This document shows, piece by piece, positions 9,416 through 18,549 of a DNA stretch of 64,000 nucleotides. The notes under the pieces were generated by a model. That model worked only from the letters and a program-made list of their open reading frames with translations. It was not told the DNA's origin and searched no databases. Position numbers and translations under genes: made by a program. Where the stretch lies: NCBI GenBank assembly GCA_021811735.1, contig JAJZNK010000025.1, positions 69,400 to 133,399 of the forward strand, written 5' to 3'. How positions within the stretch are numbered: the stretch's first letter is position 1; each line of letters begins with the position of its first letter. The stretch comes from Nanobdellota archaeon (GTDB taxonomy: Archaea > Nanobdellota > Nanobdellia > Parvarchaeales > Parvarchaeaceae).

Positions 9416-9488
9416 TGAGACTTTGTTAGCAAAGCCTCAGCTATAGAAAAGTATTTATACTTATAATTATATATAATTATTAGTAATT

Positions 9489-9710
9489 ATGGAAGAACAA
9501 AAATTTACAACAGTTTCAATACCAAAACCGTTAGCGGACAAGGTAAAAAAGTTTACAGAGAAAACAGGTTTTACTTCTCTTTCCAGTTTCGTTGAATATC
9601 TTCTGAGGGAGATAATATCCGAAAGTAAGGAAGAAAAAATTGGAAAAACAGAAAAAGACGAAAGAGTTCTTGATTTGGAGGACAAATTAAGAAGATTGGG
9701 GTATATGTAG
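9489..9710 (+). CDS. Ribbon-helix-helix (CopG-like) protein
   Basis: FTTVSIPKPL...GFTSLSSFVEYLLRE; C-terminal KLRRLGYM. Confidence 0.85.
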   Translation: MEEQKFTTVSIPKPLADKVKKFTEKTGFTSLSSFVEYLLREIISESKEEKIGKTEKDERVLDLEDKLRRLGYM

Positions 9711-9719
9711 GAGGTAACA

Positions 9720-10550
9720 ATGGAAAATAAAGAATATTCGGTTAAAAAACAGAGGATAGAAGGAGGGCTGAGCTTAGCTACAAAGGAAGAAATCGCTTTG
9801 GCGGTCATAAAGGACGCATTGAAAAGATATACCAGGCCAACAGTAGTGTGGAGTGCTGGAAAGGACAGCACAGTTGTTTTGGATCTTGTTAAAAGGGCGT
9901 GTAAGGACCTTGGAATGCAACTTCCTCCTGCGCTTTTTATAGATCATGGGCAGCATTATGATGAAACGATGAAGATGCTTGAGGATATAAGCAAGGAATG
10001 GGGCTTCAAAGTGATATATGCAAAAAACGAAGACGTACTGAAAAATGTTGGTAAAAATAACAAGATAAAGTTCAGTGATATGAACAAGTTAAACCAAGAC
10101 GAAGCAAGAAGGATAGGTTTCGATGGGGACGAATTTGAATATAGCCTTGAGACTGAGGTTGGAAATCATCTGTTGAAAACCGTCGCAATGAATCTTTTTG
10201 TAGAAAAGTACAGGTTTGACGCTCTTTTCACTGGTGTAAGGTGGGATGAAAATGAGGCCAGGTCAATGGAGGTCTTCATAAGCCCAAGAAGCCATCCAGA
10301 TCACGTAAGAGTGCAGCCTATACTTCCCTTCACCGAAAGAAACGTATGGGAATACATGTTTAAGTACAATCTTCCAGTTCATCCACTCTATAAATTAGGA
10401 TACAGATCGATTGACGGAAAGCTTGATTCTAAAAAAACAAGTGATTTGCCTGCATGGGAACAGGATCTTGAGCACACGAAGGAGAGAGCAGGAAGATCAC
10501 AAGATAAAGAGGGAGTAATGGAAAAGCTAAGGCTTTTCGGTTACATGTAA
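9720..10550 (+). CDS. PAPS-reductase/FAD-synthetase family adenine nucleotide alpha-hydrolase
   Basis: WSAGKDS PP-loop, GVRWDExxAR, HPLYxxGYRSI. Confidence 0.85.
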   Translation: MENKEYSVKKQRIEGGLSLATKEEIALAVIKDALKRYTRPTVVWSAGKDSTVVLDLVKRACKDLGMQLPPALFIDHGQHYDETMKMLEDISKEWGFKVIYAKNEDVLKNVGKNNKIKFSDMNKLNQDEARRIGFDGDEFEYSLETEVGNHLLKTVAMNLFVEKYRFDALFTGVRWDENEARSMEVFISPRSHPDHVRVQPILPFTERNVWEYMFKYNLPVHPLYKLGYRSIDGKLDSKKTSDLPAWEQDLEHTKERAGRSQDKEGVMEKLRLFGYM

Positions 10551-10551
10551 A

Positions 10552-10950
10552 ATGGAAAAATTATTGGATATCTGCTTCGATAGTGAGATAGCATCTTCCT
10601 CAAAAAAGCATTACACTTACAACATATGCGACAATGGGAAAAGAATGGCTTTTTTCTATCCTCACTCATATGATAGAGGCTTCATAAATTCCGTGGACAG
10701 AATACTTTCAAAAATCTACAAGATGGAGAGAAGTCTATTCGGGCGCGTTAAAGCGGATGAATACTCTATAGTCGTGCCAGATGGGAAGAAGGCAGATGAG
10801 CTCTATGAATATATAAAAGACCTGAATTCGAAAATAATTACACATTATACAGAATCTGGGTTTATCGACACACCTTATCTTAGCAAAAGAAAGAGGGATA
10901 TACTGGAAAACAAACTCAGTATAGTGCTTACACCTTGTTGTAACAGATAA
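10552..10950 (+). CDS. Hypothetical protein
   Basis: 132-aa ORF abutting the upstream gene. Confidence 0.6.
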   Translation: MEKLLDICFDSEIASSSKKHYTYNICDNGKRMAFFYPHSYDRGFINSVDRILSKIYKMERSLFGRVKADEYSIVVPDGKKADELYEYIKDLNSKIITHYTESGFIDTPYLSKRKRDILENKLSIVLTPCCNR

Positions 10951-10991
10951 GTTTAAAATAAATAAAAAGCTCCTAATATAGATATGTCTAT

Positions 10992-11088
10992 GGCCTAGTA
11001 GCTTAGCCCGGTGGAGCACTGCTCTTATAAGAGTTTGCTCTAACATTAAGTAAAGCAGGGGTCGGGAGTCCAAATCTCCCCTAGGCCA
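10992..11088 (+). tRNA. tRNA-Ile(TAT) with 23-nt intron (11030-11052)
   Basis: GGCCTAG/CTAGGCC acceptor stem, CTGCT/AGCAG anticodon stem, anticodon TAT 11026-11028, CTTA/TAAG central helix with TAA bulges. Confidence 0.9.
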
Positions 11089-11150
11089 CTTTCTTCAGTA
11101 AGTTTTAAATACTGTGACTGACAAAAAAGGTTTTTGTAAAGGAGGTAATA

Positions 11151-11450
11151 ATGGAAAAAATATTTTTGGAAAGAATAATAGATACGATAAAATTATCGGA
11201 TTGCGGTGATTTTTCGAACAATTTGGCAGATTTGACAAATGCATACGAGAAACAAGATATTGCAAACGCAGTCAAAATAGCATACAATACTCTTAAGGAT
11301 ATGTCCGGCAAAGTGTTGACTTCTAGTAATCTAAAGACTGTGGCGGGAACTGCAAAAATAATAAATTACATAAATTTATACAACGAAGTCGGAACTTTTC
11401 TAAACCTTTACACCAATACTACGGCTGAAAAAACGGACAGACACGAATAA
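11151..11450 (+). CDS. Hypothetical protein
   Basis: 99-aa ORF with a strong AAGGAGGT RBS. Confidence 0.65.
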   Translation: MEKIFLERIIDTIKLSDCGDFSNNLADLTNAYEKQDIANAVKIAYNTLKDMSGKVLTSSNLKTVAGTAKIINYINLYNEVGTFLNLYTNTTAEKTDRHE

Positions 11451-11529
11451 AACCGTTTTTAATGAAACGATAAAGTCTATTTCCCAAAAAAGATAGCTTT
11501 ATAAACAGACCGTTTCTTATAATAAAATA

Positions 11530-11611
11530 GAGGAATGAATGTCAGGATGTTCTATTGAGAGTTTGTTTTGTTTTTAAATAATCTCTTGTGGAAATTCTAA
11601 ACTTCATTCTT
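11530..11611 (+). promoter_or_regulatory. Long hairpin 5' leader (candidate cis-regulatory RNA)
   Basis: AGGAATGAA/TTCATTCTT, AGGAT/ATTCT, TTCTAT/GTGGAA and GAGAG/CTCTT nested pairings between TATA (11498-11505) and the AAGGAGG RBS. Confidence 0.6.
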
Positions 11612-11622
11612 AAAGGAGGAAT

Positions 11623-11760
11623 ATGGCAAAATTCGAAAGAAGAATGTATAAAGCTGTATGCTCTGATTGTGGGAAAGAAACGGAAGTTCCTTTTCAGCCA
11701 CAGGACGGCAGACCAGTTTACTGTAGAGAATGCTATAGCAAGAGAAAGGGAACTCAGTAA
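11623..11760 (+). CDS. Small CxxC-x17-CxxC zinc-ribbon protein (45 aa; below ORF-track cutoff)
   Basis: MAKFERRMYKAVCSDCGKETEVPFQPQDGRPVYCRECYSKRKGTQ; AAGGAGG RBS; T-rich terminator downstream. Confidence 0.92.
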   Translation: MAKFERRMYKAVCSDCGKETEVPFQPQDGRPVYCRECYSKRKGTQ

Positions 11761-11807
11761 TTCCTAATTTTAGCTAAGTAACTCAAAAATTTATTTTTTT
11801 TATTATT

Positions 11808-13238
11808 TTAATCTTCAAGTGTTCTCAATTGCGGGAACGGTATAACTTCTTTTATGCTTTTGGAGTCTGTCCCAAGCATTTGCAAACGATCTATCCCTAT
11901 TCCGACTCCTCCTGCCGGTGGCATTCCATATCCCATCGCTTCTATAAAATCTTTATCAAACTCCTGTGTTTCATCTATTCCTCTATTTTTCCTTTTTGCT
12001 TCTTCTTCAAACCTGTTTATCTGATCTATAGGATCATTCAGCTCAGAAAAAGCGTTTGCTATCTCCATACCGGCTATGTAAAGCTCAAATCTGTAAACAA
12101 ATCTTGGATCATCTTCCATCTTTTTAGCCAATGGTGACACCTCAATAGGATATCTGGTCACAAAGACCGGGTCTACGATATGATCAGAGACTTCAGCCTC
12201 AAATATTGTATTGATTGCCTCCCCGTATGAACTTACTTTGCTGTCAAGCTGTTTTCCACGTTTTATTATCTCCTCTTCACTCGTCAGCTTAGTTTTCTCC
12301 TTTACCATCTCTTCCATAGTCCTTATCTTTGGCTTTGATAAGTCTATAATCTTTTCCCCAAATTTTATCTTATAAGTGCCGTTTGCAGCGAAAATCGATT
12401 CCTTCACTATCTCTTCCGTAAGCTCAAGCATACTACTCAGGTCTGCGTAGGCCTGGTAAGCCTCAAGCATAATGAATTCTGGGTTGTGTCGCGTATCTAC
12501 ACCTTCATTCCTAAAGTTCTTGCTTATATCAAAGACTTTTTCAAATCCTCCTACAAGGAGTCTTTTAAGATATAGCTCCGAAGCTATCTTAAGGTAAAAA
12601 TCTCTGTCAAGCGAATTGTAATGAGTTATAAACGGTTTTGCATTTGCCCCGCCAGGTATTGCTTGGAGTATAGGGACAATGACTTCTGTGTAACCTTTGT
12701 TTTTAAGGATATCCCTGATCTTTGAGACCATTACGCTGCCCTTTTTTATCTTTTCCAGAGAATCCCTATTTATTATAAAGTCTAGATATCTCTTTCTGTA
12801 TCTTTTCTCCGTGTCCTCAAGTCCATACCATTTTGGTGGAAGTGGCAGCAATGATTTACCGAGTAATGCAATCTTTTTGGCATCGATAGATATTTCGTTT
12901 GTCTTGGTTTTTATCACAGTACCCTCAACACCGATAATGTCTCCGACGTCCAATAATTCTGCTATTTTAAGTGATTCCTTATCTGCATGTTTCTCGGAAA
13001 AATATACCTGTAGCGTGCCTTGTTCATCCTGTACATCTATGAATTTTATCGCTCCGTGGTCCCTTTTCGCCGTTATTCTGCCGGCAATCTTTTCATCTTT
13101 TCCTTCTAGTCTTGCGAAGTCCTTCTTTATTTTTAATGCATCGGACGTTTGGTCAAATCTGTTGCCATAAGGAGCTATTCCCTCCTTAATCAAACCGTTT
13201 AGCTTATCCAATCTTTCTTTGTCAAATTCAAATTCCAT
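11808..13238 (-). CDS. lysS: Lysyl-tRNA synthetase, class II
   Basis: OB-fold anticodon domain, RYRKRYLD, GGANAKPF, FRNEG, HNPEF, GIGIDRL. Confidence 0.95.
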   Translation of the reverse strand: MEFEFDKERLDKLNGLIKEGIAPYGNRFDQTSDALKIKKDFARLEGKDEKIAGRITAKRDHGAIKFIDVQDEQGTLQVYFSEKHADKESLKIAELLDVGDIIGVEGTVIKTKTNEISIDAKKIALLGKSLLPLPPKWYGLEDTEKRYRKRYLDFIINRDSLEKIKKGSVMVSKIRDILKNKGYTEVIVPILQAIPGGANAKPFITHYNSLDRDFYLKIASELYLKRLLVGGFEKVFDISKNFRNEGVDTRHNPEFIMLEAYQAYADLSSMLELTEEIVKESIFAANGTYKIKFGEKIIDLSKPKIRTMEEMVKEKTKLTSEEEIIKRGKQLDSKVSSYGEAINTIFEAEVSDHIVDPVFVTRYPIEVSPLAKKMEDDPRFVYRFELYIAGMEIANAFSELNDPIDQINRFEEEAKRKNRGIDETQEFDKDFIEAMGYGMPPAGGVGIGIDRLQMLGTDSKSIKEVIPFPQLRTLED

Positions 13239-14484
13239 GATATTGTATGAACAATGTAACCAAAACTGCAAGCCCTACTACTGTAGAATAGCCGAAGACC
13301 GCTTTTCTGGTATATTTATCCTTTGAAATTAATCCAATAAATCCTTTTTCTATTATCGCTGCAAACACAGATACTCCCATCAGCATAGCCGTATAGCTTG
13401 CACTTAATTGATGTCCCATATAAAGGGTTCCCAGTGCAAAAGTCGCACCCACTATATTCGCAAGTGCGGAAAGGAACATGTCAACTATAAGAAGGTTAGG
13501 GGCGACCGTCGCAATGATTCTAGAAACCGATATGACAACGAAAAACACCGCAGCAAACTCAAGAGTTTTCACCAATGGGAAAGGATTATCTGGTCTTTCC
13601 GCATGCGTGTTGATGTGTTTCTTCCCTATGAGGAACAATATCAGAAATCCTATCATCGAGACTGAAACCACAGGTAACATATAATAAACTATGCTTGAAG
13701 ATAGCGTTACTATATATATGACTAAAAGGGCCTGTATAAGAACCATAGGGATGTTGGCTGCAGAAACAATATTGTACACGACGGATTTCCCAAGTCTCCT
13801 AAATTTATTTCCTAAGCTTATAAGTGCAAAAGTTATCGTCGTCCCCGTTATAAGGCTACCTACTATAGTAGATAAGAGCAAGCCCGATTTAGACACCCTT
13901 AAGATGGCGTACTGTAAGAAAAATACTGTTCCCACAAGTGCCAATAGCAGCCAGAATTGGAAGGGGTTAAAGAAATTATACGGGCCCATATACGTATTAG
14001 GAAGTAGGGGCAATATTACAAAAGCTATTATCAGAAGGTTAATAGCGGCTATCATCTCACTTTTTTGTATCGAATTTATGAAGTATAGAAATTCCCGTTT
14101 GTAAAAGCTTATAGCAGTGATAAGTATTGTTATAACAATTGCATATTCATAATAGCCTAGGCCGACGAGCAGGCCAGCAAGAAACAATATCATAGAGCTT
14201 ATGTAAGTTGTCGCACCAGGATTCTTTGTTTTAATGCTCTTTTCTAGGTATATCGCAGTCGAAAACGTAATCATAACGGCAAAACCGACAATCAATATCG
14301 GTATATACGTGAAAATCCCGTAGAAAACAGCGAACAGATCTCCAAGTAGGGCTATAAATATCGAAGTCCTAAAACCCATGAATATTTTAACGCCTTTCTG
14401 CATTCTATATTCATTTTCTAGTCCAAAAATGGCGCCTAACGCTATTGAAAGAATTATGTACTCAAAATTCACGTCAAGATTCAT
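13228..14484 (-). CDS. MgtC/SapB-DUF4010-like membrane protein
   Basis: LGAIFGLE..GFRT N-terminus, ILPLLP, many TM helices. Confidence 0.75.
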   Translation of the reverse strand: MNLDVNFEYIILSIALGAIFGLENEYRMQKGVKIFMGFRTSIFIALLGDLFAVFYGIFTYIPILIVGFAVMITFSTAIYLEKSIKTKNPGATTYISSMILFLAGLLVGLGYYEYAIVITILITAISFYKREFLYFINSIQKSEMIAAINLLIIAFVILPLLPNTYMGPYNFFNPFQFWLLLALVGTVFFLQYAILRVSKSGLLLSTIVGSLITGTTITFALISLGNKFRRLGKSVVYNIVSAANIPMVLIQALLVIYIVTLSSSIVYYMLPVVSVSMIGFLILFLIGKKHINTHAERPDNPFPLVKTLEFAAVFFVVISVSRIIATVAPNLLIVDMFLSALANIVGATFALGTLYMGHQLSASYTAMLMGVSVFAAIIEKGFIGLISKDKYTRKAVFGYSTVVGLAVLVTLFIQYHGI

Positions 14485-14522
14485 TATTATTCTAAAAGAT
14501 GTAAATTAATAAAGGTTATTTA

Positions 14523-15653
14523 TCACCGTTCATACAGTCTTATAAATTCGTCCGCAGCCTTTTCCCAACTAACCTTACTTAATTCTTCGTATGCGTGAGT
14601 GGATAGCTCTTCCTTTATCCCGCCATATTTCAGTATACCGATGATCATGTCTGCCATTTGGTGTATATCCCAAAAATCCACTTTTAGAGTGTTTTTTATG
14701 ACTTCTGAAACTCCAGATTGCGAAGAGATGATTGTCGGTACTCTAGCAGACATCGCTTCCAGCGCCACTATTCCGAAAGGCTCAGAAACAGACGGCATAA
14801 CGAATACCTTTGCGATGGAGTAAAGTCTCTCCACTTCTTTTTCCGGTGCTCTGCCGAGAAAGATTACCTTATCTGCAAGTTCAAGATTTATTGAGAGGTC
14901 TATGAGGTTTTTCATCTCTGAACCCTCACCGACTACGTATAAAACTGCGCCCTTGTCCTTTTCTGAAACCAGTTTGAACGCCTTTATCAGATTATCAATA
15001 CCTTTTTGTACAGACAGTCTTCCAATATACAGTACAACTTTTCTTTCTATGTTTTTTTTCTTCACAGAAGCCCCATCCTCCCTGTTTATAGCATTATAAA
15101 TAACGTTTATCTTTTTTTCATCAGTTCCGTAAATCTCCATTATCTCGGATTTTAGTCTGTTGCTAACTGTCACTACCCTATCTGCTCTATCTATCAGTCT
15201 TTTTTCTTCCTCCGATATCCTTTTCCACGGTTTTCCAGCGGTTCTGTCATATTCTGTGCTGTGTATTGTAGCTATCAGTTTCTTTCCGGTTCGGTTTTTT
15301 ATCTCTATTGCGGCTCCTCCAGTGACCCAGTCATTCGCGTGTATTACATCAAAATCAGTTTTGGATGAAAGTTCAATAGCTTTATTCTTGTATTCCTCAA
15401 CCTCGTTGAAGATATCTCTGTAAAGCACATCATTTTTATTATCTGCAGCCTCGCTTAAATTGTAAACACTGCTAGCTCTTGATTCAAACGTAAGGAACTC
15501 AACTCCTTCCATTTTCAAGTGATTTGTGAATGGCAATATTATACTTACCTGCACGCCCCTTTTTACAAGCGCCTTGATAATATTGTAAGAGTGAGTTCCT
15601 AGACCCCCTACCGAACGTGGAGGAAATTCCCAACCTAAGAATAAAACTTTCAT
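14523..15653 (-). CDS. GT4 glycosyltransferase (glycogen-synthase-like)
   Basis: WEFPP..GGLG, HANDW, EPFGIVALEAM. Confidence 0.9.
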   Translation of the reverse strand: MKVLFLGWEFPPRSVGGLGTHSYNIIKALVKRGVQVSIILPFTNHLKMEGVEFLTFESRASSVYNLSEAADNKNDVLYRDIFNEVEEYKNKAIELSSKTDFDVIHANDWVTGGAAIEIKNRTGKKLIATIHSTEYDRTAGKPWKRISEEEKRLIDRADRVVTVSNRLKSEIMEIYGTDEKKINVIYNAINREDGASVKKKNIERKVVLYIGRLSVQKGIDNLIKAFKLVSEKDKGAVLYVVGEGSEMKNLIDLSINLELADKVIFLGRAPEKEVERLYSIAKVFVMPSVSEPFGIVALEAMSARVPTIISSQSGVSEVIKNTLKVDFWDIHQMADMIIGILKYGGIKEELSTHAYEELSKVSWEKAADEFIRLYER

Positions 15654-15721
15654 GGTTTTTATCTTACATTGTATAATTATAAGTGTAATATGTTTTTTAT
15701 TCCTTAAATACTAAGTATCTA

Positions 15722-17842
15722 ATGGAAGATTTAAGTGGTTTCAATGGTCTGATACCGGAGAAAATATACGAGAAACTAGCCTTAAAGATAGAACACTTCA
15801 CTCCTCCACAGTCTTCCGCCATCCAAAAAGGGTTGTTTGAAGGCAAGAATATGATAATATCCGCACCAACGGCATCGGGCAAGACGTTGATTGCCGAGAT
15901 GGCGATAATGAATTCTTTATTGGCAGGTAAAAAGGCAATTTATCTCGCACCCTTGAGAGCACTGATATCCGAAAAGTATGAGGATTTTTCCAGGGAAAAC
16001 CGTGACGTGAAATGTCTGCTTTCCATAGGAGACTATACTGATAAAGACTACAACATTGACAAATATGATGTAATATTTGCGTCCACAGAAAAATTTGACA
16101 GCATAATAAGGAATTCATTGAATAAAGTTGGGAATATAGGGTGCGTAATATATGATGAGATCCATCTTCTTTCTGACATCGGGAGAGGACCAACGCTCGA
16201 GTTTCTAGTAACAATCAACAGGAGGTTGTTTCCCAACGCGCAGATAATCGGATTAAGCGCCACCATAGGTAACGCGGATGAACTTGCAGAGTGGCTGTCA
16301 GCTGAATTGGTAGAAAGCGATTTTCGCCCGGTTAAACTCTCAAAGAAGAAATATTTTGACGGCGAACTGATAAACGGAAAAGCGGAGAAAATAACCAGTG
16401 GGTATGATGATCCTCTGTCAAATCTATCTTCATGGCTTTTCAAGGAGCGGAGACAGGCACTGGTTTTTTCACAGAATAAAAGGACAGTAGTTGCAAATGC
16501 AAAGACTATTGCGTCTATTATAGGCGGTAAACTCTTCAAAGAGGAAAAAGAAAAATTGCTTGCCGTTTCTAAGGACATACTGGGTGTTCTGGAAAGACCA
16601 ACAACACAATGTGAAATCTTGGGAGATCTGGTGAAAAATGGCGTTGCATTCCATCACGCAGGATTGGTAAATAAACAGAGAAAGCTTGTAGAAGACAGTT
16701 TCAAGTCAGGATTAATCAAGTTTATAGTAGCTACACCCACTCTCGCAATGGGCGTCAACCTTCCTGCCAATACCGTAATTATAAACTCCATAAGAAGGTA
16801 CGGGGGTTCTGGGATGGAATTACTTCCATCAATAGAAGTTGAACAGATGATGGGGAGGGCTGGCAGGCCAAAATACGACAAGGAGGGGAATTCTATAATA
16901 GTTGCAAGGAACGAATCAGAATTGGACTTGATAGACGAAAAGTATCTGAGCGGTTTTATAGAGCCGATAACTTCGAAGTTTAACAGCGAAATGGCGATAA
17001 GGAAGTACACTTTGAACTTATTCTGCCTCGGCATATATGACAAATCCGAAAAAATATCTGACTTTTTTGACGGGACCTTTATGCATTTCACAGGTATAGA
17101 CGTTTACGATAAGATAAGCGATGCGGTTTCTTTCCTTCAGGAGAACGGCTTTATAGAGGAAAGATTCGGGAAAATAGAAGTCACAAGGATGGGAAAATTG
17201 ATAAATTCATTGTATATAGACCCCTTAACAGGTTCGTTATTCATAAATTTCGTTGAAAAGGCAAAGAAAAAGGACGAAATCGAGGAACTTGACCTGCTGC
17301 ACGTGATATTCTGTAGTGAAGAATTCAGAAATGTCAGGACTAACCAGAAGGAATTCCAGAAATACGAAGAGGAAAGCTACGAATTGAGTCTTTCTGCCGA
17401 CGAGAACATGGTCGATTATGATAGATTCGTTTCAGCCATAAAGATGGCCCATGTCATGCAAGACTGGGTTTCGGAAAAAAACGAAAAATATATGGAAGAG
17501 GAATATGGTCTATTACCAGGAGAATTTTATAATGTCTTGGAGAACACAAAATGGCTTGTATATTCATTGAAGGAAGTTGCCAAAGTACTTAATTTCAAGA
17601 AAAAAGACATCTTGGAGATGGAAATACGTGTTAAGAACGGCGTCAAGAAAGAACTGATCCCCCTCATATCCGTCCCTGATATTGGAAGAGTAAGAGCCAG
17701 AAAACTTTACGGTTCTGGGATAGTCTCCTTAAAACTGCTTAAAGATCAGAGGGTGGAAAGACTCTCAGCTCTTTTAGGTAAGGCTGTGGCGGCAAAAGTC
17801 TACTCCTATCTGCATAAGACTGAAAACTTGTTAACAGAATAG
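15722..17842 (+). CDS. hel308: Ski2-like DNA helicase Hel308/Hjm
   Basis: APTASGKT, DEIH, SAT, QMMGRAGRP, IGRVRARKLY. Confidence 0.93.
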   Translation: MEDLSGFNGLIPEKIYEKLALKIEHFTPPQSSAIQKGLFEGKNMIISAPTASGKTLIAEMAIMNSLLAGKKAIYLAPLRALISEKYEDFSRENRDVKCLLSIGDYTDKDYNIDKYDVIFASTEKFDSIIRNSLNKVGNIGCVIYDEIHLLSDIGRGPTLEFLVTINRRLFPNAQIIGLSATIGNADELAEWLSAELVESDFRPVKLSKKKYFDGELINGKAEKITSGYDDPLSNLSSWLFKERRQALVFSQNKRTVVANAKTIASIIGGKLFKEEKEKLLAVSKDILGVLERPTTQCEILGDLVKNGVAFHHAGLVNKQRKLVEDSFKSGLIKFIVATPTLAMGVNLPANTVIINSIRRYGGSGMELLPSIEVEQMMGRAGRPKYDKEGNSIIVARNESELDLIDEKYLSGFIEPITSKFNSEMAIRKYTLNLFCLGIYDKSEKISDFFDGTFMHFTGIDVYDKISDAVSFLQENGFIEERFGKIEVTRMGKLINSLYIDPLTGSLFINFVEKAKKKDEIEELDLLHVIFCSEEFRNVRTNQKEFQKYEEESYELSLSADENMVDYDRFVSAIKMAHVMQDWVSEKNEKYMEEEYGLLPGEFYNVLENTKWLVYSLKEVAKVLNFKKKDILEMEIRVKNGVKKELIPLISVPDIGRVRARKLYGSGIVSLKLLKDQRVERLSALLGKAVAAKVYSYLHKTENLLTE

Positions 17843-17876
17843 AAAAGTATTTCTTTTAACGTTTTTATAAAAGAGT

Positions 17877-18488
17877 ATGAAAATATTAGCAGCTTCTGAT
17901 ATACATGGGGACATTAAAGCAGCTGAGTCGCTTGCGAAAAGGGCGAAGAAAGAAAAGGCTGATCTAATAATACTAGCAGGTGATTTATCTGTGTTCGGTA
18001 ACGGTCTAGAGGGCCTTTTGAAGCCATTCAAGGATGCGAACAAAAAAGTTGCAATCATACCTGGGAACCACGATAGCGAGGCTGACATATTCATGCTAAA
18101 GAAAAGATATCCTGATACTATTTATGATCTCCATGGGTATTCATTTAAGATGGGAGACATAGGCTTTTTCGGTTGCGGTCTGGCAAATATCGGGCCAAAT
18201 GAACTTTCAGAGGAGGAAATAAAGGATAGAATACAAGCGTCTTATAATTACATAAAAAGTGCAAAGAAGAAGGTAATGGTCGTGCATGTTCCACCTTATA
18301 ACACAAAATTAGATACTCTTGGGAAGAATATGAAGATTGGTAGCACCGCTGTGAGAGAAATGATAGAAAAAACAAAACCAGATACTTGTATCTGTGGGCA
18401 TATACATGAGACTTTCAGTCTAGAAGATAAGCTGGGAAACACAAGGGTTATAAATGCCGGCCCGAAAGGGAAGATAATAGAGATATAG
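17877..18488 (+). CDS. Metallophosphoesterase
   Basis: SDIHG, AGD, PGNHD, GHIHE. Confidence 0.9.
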   Translation: MKILAASDIHGDIKAAESLAKRAKKEKADLIILAGDLSVFGNGLEGLLKPFKDANKKVAIIPGNHDSEADIFMLKKRYPDTIYDLHGYSFKMGDIGFFGCGLANIGPNELSEEEIKDRIQASYNYIKSAKKKVMVVHVPPYNTKLDTLGKNMKIGSTAVREMIEKTKPDTCICGHIHETFSLEDKLGNTRVINAGPKGKIIEI

Positions 18489-18549
18489 CGGATAAGATGT
18501 TTATTCTTACGTCTTAAAGATATAAAAATGATGTCTTCTTACCTCATTA

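Larger units (their letters stand above)
6438..9436. mobile_element. IS5-family (IS903-like ends) cargo-carrying transposon, internally deleted
   Basis: Perfect 17-bp TIRs GGCTTTGCTAACAAAGT (6438-6454 / 9420-9436), 9-bp TSD TCAGCTATA (6429-6437 / 9437-9445), internal DDE transposase, AT-rich cargo. Confidence 0.92.
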
